Both the position numbers and the translations under genes were made by a program. DNA of 64,000 nucleotides from Bilabrum cf. latius (Eukaryota), in NCBI GenBank assembly GCA_965178125.1, contig OZ237744.1, forward strand, positions 806,001 through 870,000, read 5' to 3'. Under the pieces are notes generated by a model. The model saw nothing but the letters and a program-made list of their open reading frames with translations. It ran no database searches and was not told the origin of the DNA. Shown in pieces: positions 1 to 12,243 of this stretch (within the stretch, counting starts at the first letter, position 1; every line of letters starts with the position of its first letter).

Positions 1-2
1 TC

Positions 3-3000
3 AAAGCACGACTTGCCGCATCGGGAAGGGAGGATAGGGGGTCTATCAAGCAATCAGGCGGCAGAGGTGCCGCTTCTTCGTTGCCAGCGAAGAGAAAACG
101 ACCGAGGCAGGATTCCGGTTAGGATGCAGTTGCAGTTGTGCCTCCAAAGCAACCTCCGCTTACGGTCTAGCAGGCCGAGCTCGTGCTTCAGAGATTAACT
201 GCGCTTTCTAAACATCACAATGCAAGCAGCCGATGCGAGGCGTTGTTGAGTTTGAGACGTCTGGTGCATTGGAGAGGTGCAGCCCTAGTTTCGATCAGGT
301 TGCGCAGCCTCGTCGGGGTTACGATGCCTCGTCTCGTCGATGAAGACCCAGGGCCGAGGTATGCCGCCATACTGCTCATAGAAAGCATTATAGAGGCTGC
401 GTAGAAGGCAGGGCCGGCCATTTTGGAGAGCGGGATGTCCCACATCGTGGCTTCGCTGTGCAGCGCCCTGGCCTATCTCTCCACCGACGTGCGCCTTGAC
501 GCCCTCGCCGCCCTCTTCCTGTGCCTCAAGGCTGCCCCTCGCGCGTTCAGCCCTCCGGAGCACGCCGAGCGGCTGCTTCGCGGCGTCATAGACCTCATTC
601 CGAGCACTCGTCACTCGGCTGCGGAGGCCAGGTCATTCTTCGGGCTCTTTGCGCCCGACGCTGTCTGCGTGGGTGCGATCGCTGCAGGAGTTGCAATGGC
701 GGCGAAAGGCAAGGGCGTCCGCCCAGGGGACCGCAGCAGCCTGGCTGCAGTTCCTGCGGGAGACGAGGTGACCCACCAGGGACTCATAGCGGAGGGTACC
801 TAGACAGGGGGCGTGGGAGGCGCTTCCTCAGCAGGCGGAGCTTCCGCCCGGAAGAAGGCCCGCACGACCGTGGATCACCGCGCCAGCGCCAACTTGAAGG
901 TACGGAGCAGCGCGGCACAGGCCCGCAGCTGGGAGCTCCTCCATTCCACGGTTGACCTGGACGCCGTGCTGGCGTCGGCGGAGGCAGCTTCTGTGGGCGC
1001 GCACGCGCAAGACCACGGGGGGCAGACCGCCAGGGACAGTGTCCCTGCCCGCGTCATCATGACCCCCGAGGATGCCCGCATCGCTGCTTGCCTGGTGCTC
1101 GACGAGCTGCTCGCGGTGACCAAGCCGGGCCAGGGGCGGGGCGCCGACGGGGACTGGTCGAGTAGTCACCACCACTACCGCGCCTCCTCCTCCGTGTCGG
1201 CCTCGGTGGGGGGTGGGGCTGCTGCGAGCAGGGAGGCAGGGCCGCCGGCCCACCTTCTGCTTCCGACGCTGCCGTCCGCAGCAGAGGCTTCCAAGTCTAG
1301 GGCCTCCCGGGGCACCTCGTCCACCATGCCTGCTGGGGCCACCACGGGAGTGCACGCCGAATCTGCTGCCACGGTGTTCACAGAGGATTTGGCCGCGGTC
1401 GAGACCGCCCACCTGGTAGGATGGGGCATGCAGCAGGGCACGGACGACTCGACGTCCAGCAGGTGGCTGACTCCATCGTTTGCTGCGGAGGCCGTCCGCG
1501 GGCTCGGCAGCGTCTGGGAGGAGTCCACGGACAGCATCGCGAGGGCGGGCACGACAACACAGCCTTGGCACGTCAAACGGCTCGTGCTCATCGCCGGGCT
1601 CATGCACAAGGTGGCCAGCGCCTCTGCGGCCGAGACGGTCGCGATGCGCGCACTGCGGCGTGGTGGAGGGCGTGGCTCTGGTCCTGGCAGCCGAGTCACC
1701 GGCCAGGCGGGACTGAGCGCCAGTGACCTCGTGGCAGGATGCGTGGCTGGCCGGGTGGGACAGGCGGTTCTGAGTCCGCTGCTGCGCATGGTTCAGACCG
1801 CGAGGCAGGTGGAGCAGGCCCGTGCCGAGAGCGAGAGCAAAGGCGCCTCTGCCCAGACGGTGTCGGCGAAGCAGATCACGGACTCCTGGCGGAGACTGGA
1901 GGGGCTTGGTGTGCACCTGGGCGCGCTGCTGCTAGCGAAGCAAGACAGGGCGTGGAAGAGCTGGCCGAGGCACTACCAGAGCGCCAGTCACACCGTGATT
2001 CACGCCTTCAAGACCGCGCAGCAGAGCCAGGGCCCTGTCGACGAGGACGCATCATCATCATCATCATCTCCTGCTGTTGCTGCTGCTAGTTCGAAAGGCG
2101 GCGCAGCAGGCCCGGCAGCCAAGAAAGCGGTGTTCGACCCGGACGCTGCAGAGGCAGAATCTGACGACGAAGAGCAGCGCGGCTTGAACCCGCTCGCCGT
2201 GAGCAAGGCGCCCAAGGGCTCGATCGCGTCCTTCGTTGATAGGGCGAGGGCCACCATCCGGGCTCAGCGCAAGAAGGATGAGGCCAGGCGGCAAGCGGAG
2301 GAGCTCAAGGGAGGCAGCAAGGGCAAGGGCAAGCGTAGCAGCAAGAAGGAGAAGCAGAAGGCAGCGGCGGCGAAGCGTGCTGTGCGGCAGCGAGACGCCC
2401 TCAAGTCTGCCTTTGGCTGGGTGCCTCGCCTCCTCGTGTCCGAGTGCGCGCTGCTCGAGCAGCTGTCTAAAGAGCACGCGATGCGGCCTGCGATTGACTC
2501 GGATGACGAGACGTCATCATCGGATGAGGATGAAGACGGCTCCTCATCGGATGAGGACGAAGAGAGTGAAGCCGGCTCCACGGGCCAGCCCGCGCCCGGC
2601 ACAGCCGGTCGCGCTGGCTGGGAGGTGCTCGCAGCAGTGGAGCACGCAGGGGCACTCGTGGCGGCATGCAGGCGGGTAGAGGGCGTGGCTGAGCGGGTTT
2701 TGGGCGCGCTGCTTCTGGCTGCATCGGCCGCGGACCCGATGAGCTCGCTTGCCGCCCGCTGCATGTCGAGTGGCTCCGAGCTAGTGAGGACTCTGTGGAA
2801 GCAGGCGGCTGGAGCAGACTTGGACGGAAGCAGCGGCGTTGCAGGGTCTTCTTCGGTTGCGATGGCGCAGGGCGCACCCGGCGACAGCGGAGACGAGGAC
2901 GAGGACGAGGACGAGGAGGTGGAGGGCACGAAGGTGACCGACGGAGGACTCCTGGCCCTGGCCGCACAGACCGGCAAGACGAAGCTCGCACGCAGCATCG

Positions 3001-5252
3001 CAAAGAGATTCGCCCGGCAGGACGCCAAGGAGCAGTCCAGGAAGTAGTTGCGACAGGCCGCCAATGCTCGGGTCCTGGCTCAGCTAGCCGTGGTCGTGGG
3101 GGCCCTCGCGCAGCTGCTTGGGAAGCGTGCTGCCAGGCTGTCGCAGCTGGCGGTGAATGCGGCGAGATCAGGCAACGCCAGGGGAAACAGCAAAAAGACG
3201 CCGTTTCTCACGCCCGACGGGGTGGTAGACAGCTCTTGCACCGCCGTGATCGAGCTGCTTGGCGACATGGCGGCGTAGGCTGGTGTTGGAGGTGCCGGGC
3301 AGCGACAGGGGCTTGACGGGGACCACTCTGCGCAGTAGCAGCTGGTGTCGCTCCTCCTCGCGCCTTTAGCCGCTGCAAGCGCTTCAAAGCAGCGAGCAGC
3401 TGGCCCCGCTGTGTTCTTCGCACCCGGCACGCAGGCCAAGATCGTGTCGGCGGTGCTGTCCACGGGTATCGTGGACGAGCAGGGCGAGGAGGCGCTGGCC
3501 TTCGTGGCTGGTACCAGGGCATTCTCCACCGCTGCCAGGACCGTCGCACTGCAGGGCCTCCCGCTGAAACTGGCAGGTCAAGTTAGTGAGGCGGCGTCCA
3601 TGCAGCCCATGGGGGTCCGCGATGGCGAAGCAGCGTCGCTCGGGGGCTTGCATCCGCTGCTGGCGGCGAGGGTTCGGGTGCCGCTTCAGGTGCTGCTGGG
3701 ACGGTGCGTGGAGACAGCGTTAGTCATGCCAGAAGATCCGGAGTCTATGTTCGCGGGGCGGGACGTGCCTATGCGCAGTCGTCTGTCGGTGCGGCCACTC
3801 ACAGACTCAAAGGCCTCGGCTGTAGGTGACAGCGCACCGTGTGCTCCAGTGGCGTGGCTGGGCGACATCGCTAGGCTCAAGCACACGGACCCGGCGGGCG
3901 CGGTGCGGTTCTGCTCGGGTGCCATGCTGGGTACCTTGCTGCAGGCAGTGCACGCCATCCGCGATGCACTCGTGCGCGCATCCGTGGAGGAGCGGGCGGC
4001 CGCGGTGAAATCCATGCTGGCTGTGCTAGCCAGCGGCGAGGACCTATCCAGCGGCCTCCCAACTAGAGCGGGAGGTGCCAGCCCACCGGCCGACGCGACG
4101 GCACAGGTCCTCCTGGCCTCTGCATGCATCCACGCTGTGGGGGCTGCCTGGTCTCCGCCGGGGCTCCTCACTGCGGGGATTGAGGCCGGCAAACCAGGGG
4201 GCTCTGCAACCACGCGACCGGACGTGCGGGCGGCACTTCATATGGCGCGGTGGGCCATGGGCCCCGCCGTGCTGGTGATCGGGGCGGCCTGTGCGGATGC
4301 AGCGGCTTCGGGCGGGCAGGGCAGTTTCGAGGACTGTGATGCGATGCTGTCCGCTGCACTACCCGAGTGGATGTGCTATGATTATGGTGTCACGGGAAGC
4401 GGCCAGCAGGGGAACTCTGCGAAGGCAAGTGCTGCGATGGAGACGGATGAGACTGCGGCTGGCAGCGGGGATGATGAGGCTGGCAATGGTTCGGAGGCCA
4501 CGGCTGCAGCTTCTACTGGTCTGAAGCTCGGTACGGGCAGCAGTGCCGAAGAGGAGGAGGGCGAGAAGCATGGAGAGTTGGCAGAGGAGGACGAGCTGGA
4601 CGCGGTCCCTGTGCCCTGGGTGGAGACGGACCCCGAGGCGGTTGCAGCCAGGGAAGCTGAGCTTCGGCGCGCTGCAATGCAGTGCATCGACCCCCTGGGC
4701 AAGTTCGCTCCCGTTCTGGCGGCATCGCTGCTGGTGCTGCGATTGCAGGGCGCTGGAACTCTCAGCGATGCGGGTGATGCTGCAGGCGGATCCATCGGCA
4801 TGTCAGGAGCGCCGTCATCACCCGCTACTGGCAGACGCACAGGCAGCTCGAGTAGCAGCAGCAAGGCGAGCGAGAGCGCGGTGCCGTCTGACGCGCAGCA
4901 AGGAGTGCTCGCGCTGTCGGCTCTCATGTAGCACTGCGAGACGATTGTCCTCTAGGCTGACACGAACAGCAGCAAGGAGGGCGTGGCGGCGACTGGCAGC
5001 GGCAAGCCAATGGCAGCCGAGGGGCCGCGCAGCCGCAGCAGCGTCGGCTTGGCTCTTACCGCGGCAGCCGCGGCGCTGCACTCTGCCGCGTTCAGGAAGC
5101 TTTGGTGGTCTGAGGGAACAGCCCGCGAGAGCGTGGATAAGTTCGCGCGGGCCATGGTAGGCAAGGGACCCGTTGGCAAGGCCTCGGACGCGGGGTGCGT
5201 GCGGGACGTGCAGGCAGCGTTTCGTGGGCTGGGTCTCGACGCAGCCAAGTGA
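3..5252 (+). CDS. TEX10: TEX10/Ipi1-like Rix1-complex (pre-60S) protein, 5'-partial, with long low-complexity insertions
   Basis: One frame from 3 to TGA 5250-5252, broken only by 9 TAGs (120, 168, 402, 801, 3045, 3276, 3336, 4929, 4953). N-terminal motifs SKHHNASSRCEALLSL, PRLVDED and LCSALAYLSTDVRLDALAAL resemble the Ipi1_N region. Confidence 0.7.
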
Positions 5253-5423
5253 TTTGTATGACATCGTAGGTATGGCCAGTCTTTTCAAGCACTTTTTCGT
5301 CCCTTGCACCGCTCAAAATGGCCTGCCAAAGCATCGAAGAATCGTCGGTGCAAAGTTGCGTGCTGTTTGTGTCATTCACTGCTTTTCTGCACGTGCGAAG
5401 TAATCTGCACTTAGCAACTTAGC

Positions 5424-6335
5424 ATGGCATCCATGCTGCGCAGAATTGCGTCTCGTTCCGGGCGTATGCTAAGCTCTTCGCTTGCACGACCAGGTAAGAC
5501 TGAATCTATCCGGTTCGTGGCCACAAGGAGCGACTTGCTTTCGTGCACGCCTAAGGTGCAACGCCTACACGTCAACGTACAAATTGGAGCGGCTTCATAC
5601 TTGCCTTTTGTACTTGAATTGCTTATGCAGTAATTGCTCCGACGCTGGCGCGACCAATTTCGGTTTCTTCGGCAAGCTAGGGTGAGACAGTCTGTGCCTA
5701 CGTTTGCGCTCCATCACTTGGCACCTCTCCTGCCCATTGGGCGTTTTGCGTCGTGGAGTCACTGCAATGGTTGTGTTTGTTATTCGTGCTTTCTATACTG
5801 CGCTTATCTTATCCGAATGTCCGGCGCAGCTGATAGCATGGACCAACTGATGTCAACCACCCGCAATGGCGGCGATTTCTTGGTGTCAAAGGTCGACGAG
5901 ATTTTCAACTGGGCGCGAAAGGGATCGATCTGGCCTATGACGTTCGGTCTGGCCTGTTGCGCGGTTGAGATGATGCATTCTGCCGCTCCCAGGTACGATT
6001 TGGATCGCTTTGGCATCGTGTTTCGAGCCTCCCCGAGGCAGAGCGACGTCATGATTGTGGCAGGGACCCTCACGAACAAGATGGCCCCTGCGCTGCGCAA
6101 GGTTTACGACCAGATGCCCGATCCTCGATGGGTGGTGAGCATGGGGAGCTGCGCCAATGGCGGCGGCTACTACCACTACTCGTATGCGGTGGTGCGCGGG
6201 TGCGATCGCATCGTGCCGGTGGACGTGTACGTGCCGGGGTGCCCCCCGACCTCGGAGGCGCTCATCTACGGCCTCTTGCAGCTGCAGAAGAAGATCAAGG
6301 GCCAGCGCACTCTCAAGCTCAAGCTGAACAAGTGA
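5424..6335 (+). CDS. NDUFS7: NADH:ubiquinone oxidoreductase PSST subunit
   Basis: Motifs [45 protein letters not shown]. Predicted exons 5424-5493, 5631-5681, 5830-6335 (GT-AG introns); in-frame TAG at 5678 in the presequence exon; TGA stop. Confidence 0.97.
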
Positions 6336-6462
6336 CGCACGGAATCCGGATGGGATAGGGTGCCTTCAACGTGCGTGCTCCGGTTGAGTCCTCCAAATAA
6401 GATTAACGAAGAGTACATTTTCTATCCTTTGGTCCAATGTTCTCGCACAAGCCGGGTTCACT

Positions 6463-7845
6463 TCAACCGGGCCCTGCTTCCCCGTGCGCCCCCGTGTGGC
6501 TGGAAGTCTACCATGCACCCTCTAGGCTCCTCCCCCCAGCAGCAGCATCAAGCGCCGCAGCTCCAACGGACCGCAGGGCCACTCGGAGTCTCCTCACCTC
6601 TTCCCTCAATACATGAAGCTCGCTTTCGGTAGTCGCGCCGCTGCAGGTAGCCGTGCTGCTGCCAGCACGGTGTGCACCAGGGTCAGCCCTTGGTGACCTA
6701 GAGACCACCGCAACGCTTGTCGAGGCACCAAGGCGATCAGATCGTGAATTCCTCCGCGCTTCAAGTGCACCTAATGCTGCCGTGCCAAAGCCACCCGGCA
6801 CTCGCACTCCGGTGGTGCCTGTGTCTACGCTTATGGATGGCTGCCCGCTGTCAGCATGCGCGAGTTGTGCCTCGGTGCCGCCTGGCCTTGTTTCCTGGAT
6901 CCGCGACGTGTGCTCGTCAGCGATGTGCCCCCCTGCTGCTGGTCCTGGCTGCTCTGCTCTTGCCCTAGTTGCCTCAACGCGGTGCTGCTCCTGCCCCACT
7001 GCGGCAGACCTGGCCTTACTTGCCGTACTGGCGGCACCGGCAGCAGCAAGCTGGCCGCCAGTGGTGCTCCCAGCCCCATCGGACTCAACACCACTGGCAG
7101 CCAGGCTGAGGTACTCCCGGATGGGCTTCAACCGCTTGCCTGACAAGGCGAAGTCGTCAATCATCGCGCAAATGGCAGGCGGGCAGCCCAGGCGCGCTGC
7201 GACCGCAGGCAGGGGGTCCAGCTCCAGCTCGTATTCCTTCGGGGACACGCCCCATCGCTCGCTCCACTGCAGCAGGGCGTGCGTTGCCTCGGGGTTCACT
7301 GCCCGCATGCTGACGTGCAGGGCGGAGACACGGACTGGGTACAGGGAGCGGTGGGCCAGTTTGCACTGTGGCTGAGATGCCAGCAGTCTGATGAGTGGCA
7401 GGTGGCCCATCTGCGCCGCCATGATCAGCGGTGAGACACCGTCGCGACGAGGCTTCGAAACATCGGCTGGGATTCTTTCATCATCCATGTTGTCCTGCTC
7501 AAGTCGCTCAGTGGACGCTTTAAGTATGGATAAAACCATCGGCACATTTCCTTTGGCAACCGCACACAAAAGGGGCGTGGACGACACCTTCGAGCTGGGT
7601 GATGCGAAGTTCAAATCACGCGTCCTATCAATTATTGCCTGGATGCATCCCGAGTCGGACACTCCGGCGTGGCATGCATAGAACAATGGACTGACTAAGA
7701 TATCCTTGGGGCCCCGGATGCAAACGTCATCAATAAAGTCCGGACTACTGCCGGCGCTTGCTATGCTATCAATGCCGCGGCTGTCGCATTCATCAATAGC
7801 AGACTACAGCTTGTGCGCGAGCCCATCAATTCCTTGCCTGCTCAT
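6463..7845 (-). CDS. Ankyrin-repeat protein with low-complexity C-terminus
   Basis: Ankyrin-like SPLFYAC, TPLLCAVAKG, SPLIMAAQMGH, SALHVS. ATG at 7845, in-frame TAG at 7804 and 6508, TGA at 6463-6465. Confidence 0.8.
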
Positions 7846-7999
7846 ATTGCTGTCTATCAACGCTATGCTTGAATTAAAGGCGTGATTACCAGACCAGCGG
7901 CCTTGCCGGCACCGGCAGTTGCACAGAGTACAGTATACACCCGTGTCAGGCACGACAGCAGTCGTATATCCTCGAGCCTAATTTAGACCCGCTTCTGCG

Positions 8000-9135
8000 A
8001 TGAAATCTGCTGTACTGGTCTGGATGGCACTGCTGGCCTTGGGCAGTCAAAAAGCTTTGGTCAGCATTAACACGTCCCTTGCGACGCTTCCAGTCGTTTA
8101 TTTTGGAGGAAACAACCAGTCCCGACCTGATGAGAATATCGCTATGCTGGCAAAGATGCGCGCGGTCCTGATTGAGAAGTGGGAGGGGCCGTGCTGGTCA
8201 GCGTGCATTCAGAACAACACGCTAGGAATTCCCTGCGATCCAGCGTGCGGCGGAGAGTCGTACATGCTTAATACTCTAAAACGGGTAAAATTGGTGAACC
8301 CAGCGGTGTCGACCGGCTATTACTAGAACTCTCTTTATGACTGGAGTTTCCAGAATCTTGAGTCAAAGTTTGCATCCAAAGATCTTAACCAGCGATCCAC
8401 GAATGGGTCTATAGTTGGCATGGAGAACGACAATGGGATGATTGGCGTGCCCGTGTTTGCAATGGGCCAGCCTGCTGCCGTGGACATGTGGCTGGACTGG
8501 CACCGGCAGCTGATCGCGAGCGGGGTCGTCGACGGTACCTTTCTTGATAAGCCCACCATCTATGCCTTCCCCAACGGAACGGTCTACAACCTATGCGAGT
8601 GCGCCACGGGCCCGTGTACCCACGAGTGGATCCAGGCATGTGCCCAGATATCCGTGGAGACCGGTCGCGCGTACAACGCCGGCAAGCGGAGGCTGCTGGA
8701 GGAGATCCAGCAGGTGTACAGGCCGCTGGGTGGCTTCATCACAGCCACGCACAACGGCTCCACCAAGTACCTGGGGGGCGGGGCTGGTATCTCGGCCAGG
8801 GCTCTCTGATCGCCGAGATGCAGCAAATCAAGGCTAACCCTGCCCTCGACTACGTCTGGGTCTCGAGTGAAGACCAGAAGACGGGCTGGGACCCCGCCGA
8901 CCTGGGGGGCACTTGCTCGGAGGACATGGTCGCAAAGTTCCTGGTGGCGGTGGAAGCAGGCGGCCTCATCGGCTGCAACGGGTGGCAGGACGAGTACGGT
9001 AACCCGCTGGGCAATCCTACAGGGCCGGCCACCAAGCAAGGCAGGTCGTACACGAGGACCTTCAGCAGTGGGACCGTGGCGACATACGACGACAGCACCA
9101 AGAAGGGCAGCGTGAAGTGGGCCTCTAGCGCTTGA
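8000..9135 (+). CDS. Secreted protein, possibly glycoside-hydrolase-like; contains an apparent 1-nt frameshift
   Basis: Hydrophobic signal peptide; TAG at 8324 joins ORFs 8000 and 8420 in frame; the coding frame changes near the G-run at 8773-8778; C-terminal YGNPLGNPTGPA...YTRTFSSG; TGA stop. Confidence 0.6.
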
Positions 9136-9330
9136 AGCTTGTAGAAACTAGTCATGATCGGCGGGGCATCGCGCGACCAGTTGTGATGCACGTTGGGGGC
9201 ACGTCACCGTGGTTTGGGAAGTTTTCCTTGTTTCCGGGGTGTAAACAAGCAATACTGCATATTTTACAAATCACCACTCGCACCAGAAGTCCTGGAAACA
9301 GATATACCATCCACCAGCCGTGGGCTGCCC

Positions 9331-10472
9331 TCACAGGGAGCCCTCATCCTCCCCGTCATCCATGGCAGCTGCACCCCCCATCGCGCTAGACACCTTGCCC
9401 ACCGGCACCCGCCTGCTGTACGGCAACGCGCCGCCCCCGCTGCCACTGGGGCGAGCTGAACCTGCCTTGGTATCGTTCATCGGCCCGGGGCGAGGTACCC
9501 CCCCCGATTTGGTGACCAGGTGCAGGCTGTGATCCGTGGTGGGCTTGGAGCCCATGGCACGCCTGACCCCGCTGAGGCAAGACATTCCCGTGGTGCCCAT
9601 CCAGTGGGGCGGCCACGTGTTCATGATGCTCTTGCGCTGGGTCATCCTCACGAAGTACTTCATGAGGTTGGGGAACACGCCGTCCAGTCGCAGGCCCAGC
9701 CGCACCATGTACGCCAGGGAGGGGAAGAAGGAGAGGTCGGCCTGAGAGAGGCCTTGCCCGGGGCCCGCCAGGTAGTCGCTCGCTGAGAGGTACCGCTCCC
9801 AAACCTGATGGGTGAGAGGGGCTAAATGGGAAAAGAGAAAGCGGGGGTGCGCAGGAGAGGCAGCGCGAGCTTGCTAGTGGAGACACAGCGCGAGGACAGC
9901 GACACGGACAAGACACTATGTTTGAGGGCCTAGAGGGCACAATATCTTGGAGAAGAGCATCTTGCACGAAGCAAAGGCCTCACCTCAAGTTCGGCAGCGA
10001 GCGCGAACTGCTTCGTCTCTAGGTACTCGCGGTTGATCTTCTCGGGCGGTGTCCGCCTGACGTAATAGATCAGCTCGCCGGCCGCTACGCTAACGTTCTG
10101 GGCTTCGTGCGTTCGCGTGAGGGCCAAAGCGCGGGCCCTTCGATCCGAAGGCAGCAAGGGCGATTCTGGGTACATCTGCTCCAACCATTCCAGGATAGCC
10201 AGGGACTCGGTGATGACCACGTCCCCATCAACCATGATCGGAACCAGCCCTCTCGGATTCAAGGCGCGAAATGGAGCCGTCTTGAGTACCCCAGAATCAA
10301 ATGTAATCAGTTCACTCCTGTATTTCAACCCCTTCTCTTGCAGGGCAGCGAGAACTCTCCAGCAAGGGGGGCTGCCACTGCCCCAGTATACCGTCAGTTC
10401 GCCAGACTTAGCGCTTCCCTTGCCGACTCCAGCTGCTTGTCCTCCTGTCATTGGAGTACTTAAAGATGACAT
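9331..10472 (-). CDS. Glutathione S-transferase (rho/theta-like)
   Basis: Motifs YWGSGSPPCWRV, LNPRGLVP, ESLAILEWL, YLAG...ADLSFFP, TWPPHW; one GT-AG intron 9805-9983; TGA stop. Confidence 0.9.
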
Positions 10473-10923
10473 TTTGATGAAATACTATGCACTGCACACA
10501 AATCCAACTCGATCGAAAAGCCAGCAAGACCTAGCAGTTGTTTCCGAAGATGCTTCCCACTGATATGGCCACTACGACCCTTCAGGCTAGTGCTTTTAGA
10601 GAGAAATTATAGCCAGCAGGAAAATGAGCTGAGTTGGCTATGCTTTTAGGGCTAACTATGCGGTGAACCTCGAAAAAGATGCTCGTTTACAGACTCCTCT
10701 AGCTCTGTCGGGCAATGTAGACAGCAGAAATCAGCTAATACTCAGCTGCCCCGCCAAGCCAGACTATATGTATCCCGTTTAAAATAATGAGCTAGCTCTG
10801 GTCGAGTACGCGTGCCCTCTGATGACTTGCTGCTCTGGGGCTCGGTCACCTGATCTTGTTTGTTGCGTGCAGAAATTGTATTAAGTCCGATGAAACGCAG
10901 AAAAACGCAAAGGTACTTCACGA

Positions 10924-12045
10924 ATGGCAAGTGATGGTATAGACATCTTTGGTGGAGTAGTCGGGTCGGTTGTGTCTAAGCTTGTGTTTTATCCTATCGA
11001 AGGCGTGGAATCCAGGCAAAGGGTTGACCCGCACATCGGCGCCATGCATTTCAGCGAAGCCGCTTTGCATGTGGCCAGAACAGACGGTATTGCCGGGCTA
11101 TATGCGGGTCTTTCTGCGGCAGTACTGGGAGATTCGATAAACAGAGTTGTATACTTTGGACTATGGTGCATATTTGGCTGGATCTTGCGGACATTATCGA
11201 GTTCACATGCGGACACGACAGAGTTTGACGCCTTCAAGGATTTGTTCGCCGGGGTATTGGCTGGTGCGTGTGCGTCGGCCGTCATGAACCCAATATGGGT
11301 CATCTAGACTGAAATGACCAGAGAAAGAGGGAATGTAAGCTTCTTGTAGGCCTACAACAGGATTCACGATCGCAAAGGAGCGAGCGGGTTTTACGCTGGG
11401 GTCGGCATTAGCATGGTAGGATGCATCGATGGAGCTATGCAATGGAGCACTGTGCGCTATATAGAGGCAATGGTTGACGCTTCGCCCGGGCTTGAAAATT
11501 TCGGGCGATGGAACGGGGGCATGGAGCAGCTGCTCATGCGAATTGCGGTGTGGATCGCAGCGACAGCTGGACCTTGGTGGTGGCCTATCTTGCTTGGCTT
11601 CATAGCAAGACTATTTGCTGGTACTATAGCATACCCGTACATCGTTGTGCGGACAGAGCTGCAGGTAATGGCAGCTGAGACTGGCGATGCGCCTGCCACC
11701 GAACACGGCACGCGAGAGACTGCTACAGCCATACTCGATGCGCGGATGAGCAACGGCGACAGCACTAGTGACTAGGTGACTCTCCGGAAACGCAGGCACA
11801 AAAGCAGATGCGACCACGAGGGAGACCAACGCATCGCGAAAACAGAAGCATTTCGTGAGGGCAATCCGGCCAGCGCCCTCGCAGTTGCAGCGTCTAGGAT
11901 ATACAAGCGGGGCGGAATAGCTGGATTTTGGACCGGTTGGCAGGGCAACATGCTGGGACAGCTCCCGTCGGCCAGTGTGTAGACCGCCGTGCGGTCCCAT
12001 GTCCGCGAGGCGATCGCACGGTGGGGTGCTGCCGGCGGCGCGTGA
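10924..12045 (+). CDS. Mitochondrial carrier family (SLC25) protein
   Basis: Three carrier signature-like motifs YPIEGVESR, NPIWVI[TAG]TEM and YPYIVVRTEL, plus GIAGLYAG, GFYAG and GIAGFWTG. In-frame TAG at 11305, 11347, 11773, 11980; TGA 12043-12045. Confidence 0.88.
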
Positions 12046-12243
12046 GTGTGAGTGCCACGGCTTTTGTTGCTCTGCCCGTTGATGTGTGGGGGGAAGACTT
12101 TCAGTTTGACGTCACTCTCACGTTTTTGTAATTGCAACCCTGCCACATGACTATAGTTGCTTCAACCCACGCACTAATCATCAGTGGAGTGCATAGGTGC
12201 TCGATGCATGCTCAACCTTCATCCAAGCTCTTCATCGCAACCT

